A stretch of 64,000 nucleotides of DNA from Minisyncoccota bacterium (lineage in GTDB: Bacteria; Patescibacteriota; Minisyncoccia; Phycocordibacterales; GCA-2747955): positions 1,859-65,858 of the forward strand of contig JAHDEI010000003.1 in the NCBI GenBank assembly GCA_020628915.1. Direction: 5' to 3'. This document shows, one piece after another, positions 53,846 to 63,272 of this stretch. Every line of letters begins with the position of its first letter. Within the stretch, counting starts at the first letter, position 1. The notes under the pieces were generated by a model, which made no database searches, was not told the origin of the DNA, and worked only from the letters and a program-made list of their open reading frames with translations. The position numbers and the translations under genes are program-made.

Positions 53846-54009
53846 GATAAATTAAAAAGCGTGACCCAAAGGGCCACGCTTTTTATTCTACTTTTTAATA
53901 ATTAATATGTGAGATGAGATACGAGGAAGAGAGGAATATTTTTTTGAGGTGTATGCTTTATACAGCGACAAAAAATATGACGAATCTGACAAAGTAGATC
54001 GCTTACATA

Positions 54010-54909
54010 TTAGTTATTATGAAATTTTTTGTGAATTTCTTTCAGGTGTTTGTCGGACAGATTGGTGTATACCTGGGTGGTATTAATAGATGCATGACCG
54101 AGCAGCATTTGCACGGATCTGATGTCTGCGCCATTTTGCAGCAAATCTGTTGCAAAATAATGTCTCATGGTATGAGGAGTCACATGTTTAGTGATTCCCG
54201 CTTGGACAGCTCGTTTTTTTAAAATGCGCTGAACCATACGAGGGTAGATGCGTTCACCGGAGGAAGAGACAAATAGTGCTTCAGAGAGGACTTTCTTTTT
54301 CCCTTCATGGCGCTTTTTTAGATATCGCGTAACTGTAGATTTTGCTGCTTCGGAGAGAAATACGATGCGTACTTTTTCACCTTTCCCCCTGATAGAGAAT
54401 TCATCTGAAGAAAGATCAAGATCTTCATTAAGTGAGCATAGCTCAGAGACACGCAAACCTGTTGAATACAGCATTTCTAATATTGCTTTGTCACGCAGGT
54501 CTTCGATTTCAGATCCAGATGGTGCAATCATGAGTCTTTGAAATTCAGTGCGCGAGATTAAGTCTAGTTCGCGTTGTGCAGTTTTTGCAAGCTCAATTTT
54601 TTCAGGAGCTAACGTTGAGATGTCATTTTTTGCCAAGAATTTAAGGAACGATCTGAGTGCAATCAAGTGATAATTTTGTGTACGTCGAGACATGGTATCA
54701 CCTCGTTTGTTTACTGTTTGCCTATTGAGCCACAGTCTATATTCACGTACCAAAGGCAGGGTGATGTCTCCGGGAGACGCAATTTCAGCATGAGAGAAAA
54801 ACTTGGATAAATAACGATCATAATTCTCAATTGTTTTTAAAGAACGACCTTTTTCAATCTCAAGATATTCTAGAAATTCTCGTTTATGGCCAGTAATATT
54901 GTGCGACAT
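54010..54909 (-). CDS. Tyrosine site-specific recombinase, XerC/XerD-like.
   Basis: N-terminal core-binding domain (FLEYLEIEKGRSLKTIENYDRYL). Catalytic RHRY tetrad with C-terminal HTMRHYFATDLLQNGADIRSVQMLLGHASINTTQVYTNL. Start taken at the ATG at 54909 (MSHNITGHK). The track ORF extends further into a hydrophobic out-of-context N-terminus. Confidence 0.8.
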   Translation of the reverse strand: MSHNITGHKREFLEYLEIEKGRSLKTIENYDRYLSKFFSHAEIASPGDITLPLVREYRLWLNRQTVNKRGDTMSRRTQNYHLIALRSFLKFLAKNDISTLAPEKIELAKTAQRELDLISRTEFQRLMIAPSGSEIEDLRDKAILEMLYSTGLRVSELCSLNEDLDLSSDEFSIRGKGEKVRIVFLSEAAKSTVTRYLKKRHEGKKKVLSEALFVSSSGERIYPRMVQRILKKRAVQAGITKHVTPHTMRHYFATDLLQNGADIRSVQMLLGHASINTTQVYTNLSDKHLKEIHKKFHNN

Positions 54910-54988
54910 TAACAGTAAGTATACCAGGCAAACATTTTGAAAAACAAATATTTTTACATATAGTAATACATAGATAGTTTTATGGAGC

Positions 54989-55450
54989 ATGGTTATGGCT
55001 AATGTCACTGATATAACAGACACCTTAAAAGAAAAGAAACGGAATAGAGATAGTGTTTTTTTTCATATGGCCATGGATATTAAGGCGGGCAGATCAGTTG
55101 ATCCAAAAAAAAGAAACAGGGTTGCTCTTGCTTTGAGCTGCTCTGTAGATATTGGGGATCAGCTGTCGGTTTCGCTTGATGTGTTTAACGATTTGAAAAG
55201 TGGAATTGTAGACATCATCAAAATGCCAGAGAGCTTGGTGGGAGGCAATTTTCGATATATTCCGTTCATGCAAGTAGAAACAGTTGTTTGCGAGGTCCTA
55301 AATTTTCCAAATGACAAAGAGAAAAGAGATGCTTTTGAGACACTTTTTCTGCAAGTAAAAGACAAGCATAAAGACAAGGTGAAGAATTTTTGGTTTTCGT
55401 TTGATCCACTCACTGATGATCAAATTAAAAGACCACAAACTGACACATAA
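54989..55450 (+). CDS. Hypothetical protein (about 150 aa), divergent from the recombinase gene.
   Basis: A terminator (actgacac-ataacg-tgtcagttttt) overlaps its stop codon at 55438-55466. Confidence 0.4.
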   Translation: MVMANVTDITDTLKEKKRNRDSVFFHMAMDIKAGRSVDPKKRNRVALALSCSVDIGDQLSVSLDVFNDLKSGIVDIIKMPESLVGGNFRYIPFMQVETVVCEVLNFPNDKEKRDAFETLFLQVKDKHKDKVKNFWFSFDPLTDDQIKRPQTDT

Positions 55451-55492
55451 CGTGTCAGTTTTTCTTTATTATCAGAATTGTTATACTAGTTC

Positions 55493-56533
55493 ATGGATAA
55501 AAAAATATACATAACTTTTGATGATGTTCTCATCAAGCCAGCGGCGAGTAATATTGAGCCGCGACAAAGCAATACTGGCATGTCTGTAATTCGAGGCGTG
55601 CCTTTTTTAGTTCCAGTATTATCAGCTGCAATGGATACGGTGACAGACGACAGAATGGCCATTGCGATGGCCAAGGTGGGCGGAATAGGCGTTATACATA
55701 GAAATTGTACAGTTGAGCAGCAGTGCGAAATGGTCGAGGGTGTTGTGTCTCAAGGGCTCATAGTTGGGGCGGCATGTGGTCCATTTGATCAAGAGCGAGC
55801 GCTCGCATTAGATAAAATTGGCGTGACTGCAATTTTTATTGATTGCGCACACGGCCATAATCAAAAAGTAATCGAGTCAGCCAAAAGAATTAAAAACAAG
55901 CTAACAAATGCCAAATTAGTTGTTGGGAATATTGTGACCAAAGACGGCGCACGAGATCTAGTTTCTTTTGTGGACGCAATTAAGGTTGGGGTAGGTCCTG
56001 GATCAATTTGCACAACAAGGGTAATTAGTGGAGTTGGAATGCCTCAGCTTTCAGCAATTATGGATGTTGCTCAGGTTGCACAAGAGCACGGTATTCCAGT
56101 TATCGCTGACGGGGGAATAAAAGAGTACGGAGATATCGTAAAGGCGCTTGCCGCAGGGGCTTCGGGAGTCATGCTTGGAGGAATGTTGGCAAGATGCGAA
56201 GAAAGTCCTGGCAAAAGAATAGAATGTACAGATGGGTCTATTCACAAGGTATATCGAGGTATGGGGTCAAGGCAGGTTCTCGAGCAAGGAAAGTCTTCAG
56301 ATAGGTATTTAAATAAAAATCTAGCAATTGTTCCTGAAGGGGTTTCTGGAATTGTTCCAGTTGAGGGGACTGTGAAAGAAATTATTTCTGAGGTGCAATC
56401 TGCTCTCCAGATTGGTATGGGGTATGTTGGAGCAAGAGATATTCAGGAGTTGTGGGGACGTGCCCAATTTATTCGCATCAGCAGCCTTAGCCAAAAGGAG
56501 AACAACCATCATAATATTCATGTGAATACTTGA
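55493..56533 (+). CDS. IMP dehydrogenase / GMP reductase family oxidoreductase (a short form of 346 aa that lacks the CBS subdomain).
   Basis: PVLSAAMDTVTDDRMAIAMAKVGGIGVIH...GVGPGSICTTRVISGVGMPQLSAIMDV...IADGGIKEYGDIVKALAAGASGVMLGGMLA (catalytic Cys loop and IMP-binding motifs). Confidence 0.8.
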   Translation: MDKKIYITFDDVLIKPAASNIEPRQSNTGMSVIRGVPFLVPVLSAAMDTVTDDRMAIAMAKVGGIGVIHRNCTVEQQCEMVEGVVSQGLIVGAACGPFDQERALALDKIGVTAIFIDCAHGHNQKVIESAKRIKNKLTNAKLVVGNIVTKDGARDLVSFVDAIKVGVGPGSICTTRVISGVGMPQLSAIMDVAQVAQEHGIPVIADGGIKEYGDIVKALAAGASGVMLGGMLARCEESPGKRIECTDGSIHKVYRGMGSRQVLEQGKSSDRYLNKNLAIVPEGVSGIVPVEGTVKEIISEVQSALQIGMGYVGARDIQELWGRAQFIRISSLSQKENNHHNIHVNT

Positions 56534-56587
56534 CTTTAATATTATATTAAGTATAATATAGTTAGGAAAAATTGAGAGGAAATTCAA

Positions 56588-56902
56588 ATGCAAAATCCAG
56601 TAGTGACGGTGATGTCATTAAACATAGAAAAAGCAACGACAGTTGCAACCGTTGTTGCATCTATTGTGGCAGGCGAGTGCGCCAAAGGTCTGTCTTATGA
56701 AGACGTCCTGCGCAATGTTGTTACGCAACAGCCCAACGTTGTTCAGATGACAAATCCGAGTGAGTCTATCTCAGTTACGATCGCCCTTAATGGGCACCGT
56801 CTCAGGTCTGTCTGGAGCAATGAAGATAAGATGGATCGACTGATCCGTCATGCTCAAAACTTTTTAAAAGCACTTAATGTGCACATAACAGTTGAGCAGT
56901 AA
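56588..56902 (+). CDS. Hypothetical protein (104 aa).
   Basis: GAGAGGAAAT ribosome-binding site. A terminator (aggtcagc-tttcga-gctggcctttatctttt) follows at 56911-56940. Confidence 0.4.
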   Translation: MQNPVVTVMSLNIEKATTVATVVASIVAGECAKGLSYEDVLRNVVTQQPNVVQMTNPSESISVTIALNGHRLRSVWSNEDKMDRLIRHAQNFLKALNVHITVEQ

Positions 56903-56975
56903 AAGAATTTAGGTCAGCTTTCGAGCTGGCCTTTATCTTTTGACACTTTTCAAAGAACCTGATAATATACCGCTC

Positions 56976-57239
56976 ATGTCAAAACAAGCACTAATTAAAA
57001 AAGCTTTAGATACAGCAGGAGCAGCAGGTAATCCTGGCTCTACTGCAGCGCAAATTGCTATCCTTTCTGAACGAATTGCATCTTTGCAGGCACATCTTGA
57101 TGTGAACAAAAAAGACAAGCATTCTAGACGAGGATTGCTGCAAATGGTTGCAGACCGAAGAAAGCTCATTAAATACATGAAAAGAAAAGATCCATCTGGT
57201 TGGGCAGATCTTGCACCAAAAGTTGGTCTTAAAGGTTAA
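56976..57239 (+). CDS. rpsO: 30S ribosomal protein S15.
   Basis: MSKQALIKK...AAQIAILSERIASLQAHLDVNKKDKHSRRGLLQMVADRRKLIKYMKRKD matches the S15 signature HKKDHHSRRGLL.MV..RRKLL.Y. The track start 56940 lies inside the upstream terminator. A terminator (aaaacgatatc-tccaa-gatatcgttttttt) follows at 57245-57273. Confidence 0.8.
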   Translation: MSKQALIKKALDTAGAAGNPGSTAAQIAILSERIASLQAHLDVNKKDKHSRRGLLQMVADRRKLIKYMKRKDPSGWADLAPKVGLKG

Positions 57240-57296
57240 TCAGAAAAACGATATCTCCAAGATATCGTTTTTTTGATTTGATATAATTGAATCAAT

Positions 57297-57890
57297 ATGA
57301 CAATCATTAAACATGAAAATCAGCGCGTTGGTGTCTTGATCGATGCGCAGAATCTCTATCACTCAGCCAGAAATTTATATGGCAAACGAGTGAACTTTAC
57401 AGCGGTACTACAAGAGGCTGTAGCAGGTCGATCACTTATTCGTGCAATTGCGTATGTAATTACCTCTGAGGCAGGAGATGAAAAAGGATTTTTTGAAGCT
57501 TTAGAAAAAGCAGGAATCGAGACAAAAACAAAAGACTTACAAGTATTCTTTGGCGGCGCAAAAAAAGCGGACTGGGATGTGGGTATTGCAGTAGACGCTA
57601 TTAAATTAGCACCAAAATTAGACGCACTTATTATTGCATCCGGAGACGGTGATTTTGTTCCAATGGTCGAATATGTACAACAAAACGCAGGATGTCAGGT
57701 TGAAGTAATTTCGTTTGGAAAATCTTCATCGTCAAAACTGATCGAAGCGGCAGATGACTTTATTGATATGTGTGAAGACACCAAAAGGTACTTAATGAGT
57801 TCTCGTGTAGCAACAGCAAATCGACGTAGACGAGCAACAGCAAAACGAAAAACAACAACTAGCAGAACACGAAAAACAACAAAGAAATAA
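57297..57890 (+). CDS. NYN-domain (LabA/DUF88-like) protein with a basic, Arg/Thr/Lys-rich C-terminal tail.
   Basis: VGVLIDAQNLYHSA...DWDVGIAVDAI...LIIASGDGDFVPMV is the NYN ribonuclease-like fold pattern. The tail RRRRATAKRKTTTSRTRKTTKK suggests nucleic-acid binding. Confidence 0.65.
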   Translation: MTIIKHENQRVGVLIDAQNLYHSARNLYGKRVNFTAVLQEAVAGRSLIRAIAYVITSEAGDEKGFFEALEKAGIETKTKDLQVFFGGAKKADWDVGIAVDAIKLAPKLDALIIASGDGDFVPMVEYVQQNAGCQVEVISFGKSSSSKLIEAADDFIDMCEDTKRYLMSSRVATANRRRRATAKRKTTTSRTRKTTKK

Positions 57891-57891
57891 T

Positions 57892-58896
57892 ATGGCTGGC
57901 GAACCAAACAATTTTAATAATGATCCCAACAAACCACACGTTGATGCGGATTCTTTTGGTAAACAATATGAACAACAAAAAGAAGCAGTCGCAGAAAAAA
58001 CAGGGGATGAACTATTAAGAGAAAAACAACAACAAAAGAAACAAAAAAAGGTTGGTATTAAAACCTATCGAGATTACGCGTCAGAAGAATTAAGAAAGGG
58101 GGGTGGTTCGTTAACCAAGATGATTATTAAAGAGCGAGAACGCGAGCGTGAGCAGAAAAGACATTCGGTCAAGAACTCAAAAAATTTACTGATGACCTTT
58201 TTAGCGATCCTTTTCATTGTTATTGGTATTGGAATCGTTGGGCTCTCGTTTGTTCTCGTGTCGCAGAAAAAGGCTGAGCTAGATGAAAAGTCTTCGATCG
58301 TGATTACACCTGATCCATTACTCATTAACGACTTTAGAAAAGAAATTTACATCCCTAAGCCAACTAAATCAAAATTGATTCGCGCAACAACCGATGAAGT
58401 TGAAGAAACCAGTATCCCTATTGGTGCGGTAAAACATATTTATTTTGTTGAAGATAATAGCGATGGGTTTAAGGAGTTAATTGATACAACAGAGTTTATG
58501 AGATTACTAGAGGCAAAGGTGCCTGGCTCTTTATATCGAACGCTCGATAGTAATTTTATGTATGGTGTGCATTCCAGGGCAGATGGAAATTCTCCGTTTA
58601 TGATTTTCAAAGTCTCTTCTTATTCGACAGCATATTCAGCGATTTTGACATGGGAGGCATCGTTAGCACGTGATTTTGAAGACATTTTCAATCGAGATTT
58701 CTCAGACACTTCTAGATTCTTTTTTGAGGACATTGTGTTGTACAACACGGATGTTCGAGCTCTTCTGAATGACCAAGGGGAGGTAATCTTCGGATATGCG
58801 TTCTTGCAAGACAAAAATACTCTTGTAATTTTTGAAAACAAGCTCTCTCTGCGTGAGATAATTACAAGAATGCAAAGGAATACTATTAAGCAATAG
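57892..58896 (+). CDS. Hypothetical membrane protein (334 aa) with a Lys/Glu-rich N-terminus and one TM helix.
   Basis: Starts 2 nt after the NYN gene stop. TM helix LLMTFLAILFIVIGIGIVGLSFVLV. Confidence 0.45.
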   Translation: MAGEPNNFNNDPNKPHVDADSFGKQYEQQKEAVAEKTGDELLREKQQQKKQKKVGIKTYRDYASEELRKGGGSLTKMIIKEREREREQKRHSVKNSKNLLMTFLAILFIVIGIGIVGLSFVLVSQKKAELDEKSSIVITPDPLLINDFRKEIYIPKPTKSKLIRATTDEVEETSIPIGAVKHIYFVEDNSDGFKELIDTTEFMRLLEAKVPGSLYRTLDSNFMYGVHSRADGNSPFMIFKVSSYSTAYSAILTWEASLARDFEDIFNRDFSDTSRFFFEDIVLYNTDVRALLNDQGEVIFGYAFLQDKNTLVIFENKLSLREIITRMQRNTIKQ

Positions 58897-58964
58897 ATAC
58901 AAAAAATTGCCAGTTTAGAAACTTTGTTGCAAAAATATTTTTGATGTGATAATCTTTCGGAATT

Positions 58965-59678
58965 ATGACAAGCAACAACGGACAAACTATCTACGAACTT
59001 GGGTTTTTGTTAGTTCCATCTCTAACCGAAAACGAAGTTGCGACAATGGTAGGAACACTTAAAGATACGATTTCAAAAGATGGATCAATCCTTTCTGAAG
59101 GATCGGTAGTTTTTATTGATTTAGCATACGAAATGGTTAAGAAAATTAAATCAAAGAACGAACGATTTGATCAGGCACATTTTGGATGGATTAAATTTAC
59201 TATGGACGGCTCTTCAGTTTCTGGACTTGATAAGGCGTTAAAAGCTCATGATGACTTGCTACGATTCTTGGTCATTAAAACAGTAGAAGATGATGCTGTG
59301 ACTGATTTGTTTGAGCTTGAGGATACAGAAGAATCAGCGCCAGTTGATCTTAATAAAGGTGTTGATATGGGAGATGACAAGGCAGATGACAAGACAGATA
59401 AGAAAGAAGAGGTATCTGAAGAAAAAGTAGAAGGAGACGACCTAACAAAAATCGAAGGAATCGGTCCAAAAATCGCAGAAACACTAACGGCAGCAGGAGT
59501 ATCTACATTTGCTGAACTATCAAAAACAGATTCAGATAAAATCCAAGAAATCATTGCAGATGTACGAGGAAACCACGTATCAGATACATGGCCAAAACAA
59601 GCATCTATGGCAGCAGAAGGTAAATGGGATGAACTGAAGGCTTGGCAAGATGAGATGGACGGGGGTCGTGAATCTTAG
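58965..59678 (+). CDS. rpsF: 30S ribosomal protein S6 with a C-terminal extension of about 130 aa. The extension is an acidic linker followed by a helix-hairpin-helix-like domain.
   Basis: N-terminus YELGFLLVPSLTENEVATMVGTLKDTI...RFDQAHFGWIKFTM...LRFLVIK follows the S6 pattern. The C-terminus LTKIEGIGPKIAETLTAAGVSTFAELS is HhH-like. Confidence 0.65.
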   Translation: MTSNNGQTIYELGFLLVPSLTENEVATMVGTLKDTISKDGSILSEGSVVFIDLAYEMVKKIKSKNERFDQAHFGWIKFTMDGSSVSGLDKALKAHDDLLRFLVIKTVEDDAVTDLFELEDTEESAPVDLNKGVDMGDDKADDKTDKKEEVSEEKVEGDDLTKIEGIGPKIAETLTAAGVSTFAELSKTDSDKIQEIIADVRGNHVSDTWPKQASMAAEGKWDELKAWQDEMDGGRES

Positions 59679-59759
59679 TTTGTAAACCAAACATAGATTC
59701 TGATGTCGATGTAAGGAAGTAAAAGGACTATAAAGAAAAAACACGACGCATGTCGTGTT

Positions 59760-60155
59760 TTATAGTTCTCCTCGCTTTTTGTGTTTAGGGCCTCGAAAGT
59801 ACCTTTTTACACCAAAAACAATGGTCATGTCTTTGTCGTAAAAGCATAAAAATTTAGATTCAACATTTGATTTAAAATCAGATGGATGTGCGAATCCTTC
59901 TACAAAGATGGCCTCTGGATTTTCCTCAACTAAAGTACGAATAATTACAGTGCGCTCCTTGTTGTTAACTTCAGTCACCGCTTTCTCAAGTATCTCTGCG
60001 GTTAAGTCTGTGCACTCACATGGTGTGGGGCACCGGACGTCTCTAGAAGTTTTTTTACCCATAGAGAAACTTGAAATAAGTTCTTTGTGGTTGGTTATTC
60101 CATGATACCCAAGAAGAAGTAACAGACAAATGATACATGTCTTAAATGATTGCAT
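59760..60155 (-). CDS. Secreted Cys-containing hypothetical protein (131 aa).
   Basis: Excellent TAGGAGG ribosome-binding site. Signal peptide MQSFKTCIICLLLLLGYHG. A bidirectional terminator (aaaaaacacgac-gcat-gtcgtgtttt) lies at 59737-59765. Confidence 0.5.
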   Translation of the reverse strand: MQSFKTCIICLLLLLGYHGITNHKELISSFSMGKKTSRDVRCPTPCECTDLTAEILEKAVTEVNNKERTVIIRTLVEENPEAIFVEGFAHPSDFKSNVESKFLCFYDKDMTIVFGVKRYFRGPKHKKRGEL

Positions 60156-60243
60156 AACGACCTCCTAATGTAACTATACATTAAATTTTGTAAAAGTATA
60201 TATTGTTGGAGAATAAAACTGATCAAGATATAATGTAGCAACT

Positions 60244-60687
60244 ATGAATGTAAACAAAGCAATTATTGTGGGTCGAATCACAAACGATTTGGAACTAAAA
60301 ACCACAACAACAGGGAGAGAAGTAGTCTCATTTGGGGTGGCTACAAACAGAACATGGAAAGACCAGTCTGGTCAAAAGCAAGAAAAGACTGAATACCACA
60401 ACATTGTTGCGTGGGGAGCACAGGCAAAGACAGTTGCACAATACTTTGTTAAAGGACAAGAAATTTATGTAGAAGGACGTCTTGAGACAAGAAACTGGGA
60501 CGATGAAGGATCTGGTAAAAAGATGTACAGAACTGAAATCGTTTTAGAACGATTCGAGTTCGGAGCAAAACCAGGAGGATATGGAGGAGGTGGATCAGCT
60601 GCAGCTGCACCAACGCCGAGTGAAAATAAGGTTCCTGAAATTCAGTACCCAACTGAAGAAATTAATCCCGACGACATCCCATTCTAA
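60244..60687 (+). CDS. ssb: Single-stranded DNA-binding protein.
   Basis: OB-fold NKAIIVGRITNDLELKTTTTGREVVSFGVATNRTWKD...TEYHNIVAWG. Gly-rich linker. Acidic C-terminal tip DDIPF. Confidence 0.85.
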   Translation: MNVNKAIIVGRITNDLELKTTTTGREVVSFGVATNRTWKDQSGQKQEKTEYHNIVAWGAQAKTVAQYFVKGQEIYVEGRLETRNWDDEGSGKKMYRTEIVLERFEFGAKPGGYGGGGSAAAAPTPSENKVPEIQYPTEEINPDDIPF

Positions 60688-60833
60688 ATATATTGGCAAA
60701 TTTCTTTGTTGATTTTGAAAAAATTCCACTCACTGTACAAGATGTATACCTTCGTGGAATTTTTTCTTATTCCTTGGAAATTAACTCAATGTATTGAGAA
60801 TGAAAAATAGGAATTTTGTTATACTTCGTTTCA

Positions 60834-61469
60834 ATGAAAGCAATTATTTTTGATGTAGACGGGGTTTTGCTCGATTCATTACCTGCTCATTTGGCTATCT
60901 GCAGAGACTTAGCACGAAAATACGAGTTAGATCTAGATATTCCTGATAAAGATGTGTTTGTTAAGGATATTGTAAGTAAAGGGGTCAAAATTAGCCCTAT
61001 GGAGGATTTTTTTAAGGCTGTTGGATTTCCAGACAAACAGGCTCAACAAGCAAATGAATATTACAGTCAGCACTTTTCTACCGAATATGAAGTGTTCCCT
61101 TTCGTTTTTGTACCTGAAGCAATTAAAAAATTACGGCAGGAGGGCTATGTGTTAGGAATTGTTACCTCAAACGTTTTAAAAAATATTAAAGTGCCACTGG
61201 AGGGTATATTTGATTTTTTTGACGAAAATCTTGTGTTTGCTAAAGACTCATTTTCAAACTACACAAAAGACAAAGCACTTCGCATGGCCGCTGTTAGGCT
61301 GGGATGCGCACCCAAAGATCTTTTATACATAGGGGATCAGCTTGCAGATTACAAAGCTGCACATCAAATAGGCACACTGTTTGTGGGAACTACTTATGGA
61401 TGGGGAATTACGAAAGATGATAGAAAATTTAAAATAATTGATTCACTAGACGAGTTGTTAGAAATATAA
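60834..61469 (+). CDS. HAD-superfamily hydrolase.
   Basis: MKAIIFDVDGVLLDS (motif I) and GDQLADYKAAHQIG (motif IV). The track start 60816 is a TTG codon upstream. I prefer the ATG at 60834. Confidence 0.65.
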   Translation: MKAIIFDVDGVLLDSLPAHLAICRDLARKYELDLDIPDKDVFVKDIVSKGVKISPMEDFFKAVGFPDKQAQQANEYYSQHFSTEYEVFPFVFVPEAIKKLRQEGYVLGIVTSNVLKNIKVPLEGIFDFFDENLVFAKDSFSNYTKDKALRMAAVRLGCAPKDLLYIGDQLADYKAAHQIGTLFVGTTYGWGITKDDRKFKIIDSLDELLEI

Positions 61470-61526
61470 TTTTGCAATATAGTTTGTAAACTGTAAAAAC
61501 TGTTGCGAGAGTAGAATCAATTTGTT

Positions 61527-61745
61527 ATGATACCGGGCATGAAAAACAAGACATGTCACTTTGAGGAAAACAATATCACTCACATTGATTACAAAGACGT
61601 AAAAACTTTAAAAAAGTTTACAAATGCGCACGGTCGAATGATTGCGGCACGACACACAGGGGTTAAGGCAAAATCACAACGGCAGTTGGCAAGAGCAATC
61701 AAAAATTCACGATTTCTTGGACTACTACCATTTGTTCAATCTTAA
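61527..61745 (+). CDS. rpsR: 30S ribosomal protein S18.
   Basis: C.FEENNITHIDYKDVKTLKKF...TGVKAKSQRQLARAIKNSRFLGLLPF. A terminator (aaaataacgac-taccct-gtcgttattttt) follows at 61754-61785. Confidence 0.85.
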   Translation: MIPGMKNKTCHFEENNITHIDYKDVKTLKKFTNAHGRMIAARHTGVKAKSQRQLARAIKNSRFLGLLPFVQS

Positions 61746-61957
61746 ATATAATAAAAATAACGACTACCCTGTCGTTATTTTTATTACGTCCCCACAGTTA
61801 TTCTTTGTGTAGTCCGCCCCCACTATCTAAATCTGTAAGAAGTAAATATTGTAGTCAGAAAATATAAAGAGGGTTATCCAGTAAGCTATCAAGGTAAAAA
61901 TGACACAAAAAGTTGTAGCTACCAAAATTGATTTTAGAAGATTTAGTAATTTCATTG

Positions 61958-62530
61958 CTATTCCTTAAATCTCTCTACATATTCGCCCTTTTCAGTATTA
62001 ACAACCAGCTTCTCTCCCTCTGTTATAAACAATGGGGTAGTGACTTCCAGTCCATTTTCTAGAACCACTTTCTTGGTGGCACCAGTTGCAGTGTTTCCTT
62101 TGACTGCAGGGGGAGCCTCAACCACAGTGAGAACTACTTTAATTGGAATTTTAATGCCAATCACCTCCTCATCGAAGTAAACTCCTTTGACTACATCGTT
62201 TTCTTTTAAATATTGGAGCTTGTCTTCCAAAACGTTTTGAGAAAGCATAAATCGATCTTTCGGATCTCCATCAACACAAAACCAAATTTCTGACCCTTTT
62301 TGGTATAGGTATTTAATGTCTTTGTTTTCAATCTCTGCTTCGGCAACTGAGTCAGATGCATGAAACGTTTTTTCGATAGTTTTACCTGAAATAAGAGATT
62401 TGATTTTAGTTTGGTTGTGAGGTTTCCCTCGGTTCTTTTTTGCGATATTAGATTCTTGTACTTCGTATGGCTCTCCGTCCAGCACAATGTATTTTCGCGG
62501 TTTAATTTCATTGTAATCTAGCATAATCAA
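61958..62530 (-). CDS. efp: Elongation factor P.
   Basis: Length of 190 aa, three-domain EF-P pattern, KPGKG-like loop NRGKPHNQTKIKSLISG. Confidence 0.8.
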   Translation of the reverse strand: MIMLDYNEIKPRKYIVLDGEPYEVQESNIAKKNRGKPHNQTKIKSLISGKTIEKTFHASDSVAEAEIENKDIKYLYQKGSEIWFCVDGDPKDRFMLSQNVLEDKLQYLKENDVVKGVYFDEEVIGIKIPIKVVLTVVEAPPAVKGNTATGATKKVVLENGLEVTTPLFITEGEKLVVNTEKGEYVERFKE

Positions 62531-62633
62531 AAGATTTTAACATAACAAAAATTATATTAGATCATAAAAATAGTATTTGACAAGTAAAACTAACGTACTA
62601 TATACTATATATGTAAAATAAGTATTTAATATT

Positions 62634-63239
62634 ATGTTTTCATCAAAAGAATCTGCTGCTCAAGAAAGGTATACAAAACAAGAATCAAACATGACTAATA
62701 AAGTGGCAAAGGCTCTTAATTTGTATCAACAGCAGCTTGATGAACAATACATTAAAACACAAGGGGTTGAAAATATTTTTGATGACTCTGATTTAATGGA
62801 AAAAACTACATATCACAAAGATGGAACTGAATCCCAAGAAATAAGAAAGGCAAGTGAAGTCCTGAAAAATGATATTGAACGAGAGTATGATGATAAATAC
62901 AATCGAGACATTTTGGCATTGTACGACACGATGTCATCAGAAGAGAAAGACCTGTTTGATAAAGCAGCACGACTTCAGGAACAGTATCAACCTGAATTGT
63001 CGGAAGAAGAAATAGAGAGAATCAAAGAGAATGGACTTCATGAGGCAGTTAGTATTGCAAGAGATATTGAAGATCAAGATGGTGGATTTTTAAGAAGTAT
63101 AAATAGGGTTAGAGAAAATCTTGCAAAAATTAGTAAAAGTTCTCGACAGGAATCAGCGAGCAAGAACTTTCAGGTAATAGCAGAGGATGAAAGATTTGAA
63201 ATTGACGCTAGAAGCACCGACATCGGGAGTAATTCATAG
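62634..63239 (+). CDS. Hypothetical acidic coiled-coil protein (201 aa).
   Basis: ORF with an A/T-rich promoter region. Followed by a bidirectional terminator (aaaagtccgcaattgcggactttt) at 63248-63272. Confidence 0.4.
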   Translation: MFSSKESAAQERYTKQESNMTNKVAKALNLYQQQLDEQYIKTQGVENIFDDSDLMEKTTYHKDGTESQEIRKASEVLKNDIEREYDDKYNRDILALYDTMSSEEKDLFDKAARLQEQYQPELSEEEIERIKENGLHEAVSIARDIEDQDGGFLRSINRVRENLAKISKSSRQESASKNFQVIAEDERFEIDARSTDIGSNS

Positions 63240-63272
63240 AAAATAATAAAAGTCCGCAATTGCGGACTTTTA

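Noticed and set aside
54010-54909. Tyrosine recombinase considered as the integrase of a mobile element.
   Set aside because: The N-terminal core-binding and C-terminal catalytic motifs are those of XerC/XerD. It is surrounded by housekeeping genes (pyrH, guaB-like, rpsO). No flanking direct repeats or phage genes are visible. It is most likely the chromosomal dimer-resolution recombinase.
61880-61955. 22-codon ORF (MTQKVVATKIDFRRFSNFIAIP) downstream of efp.
   Set aside because: It is too short and unsupported. It is probably the 3-prime UTR or terminator region of efp.
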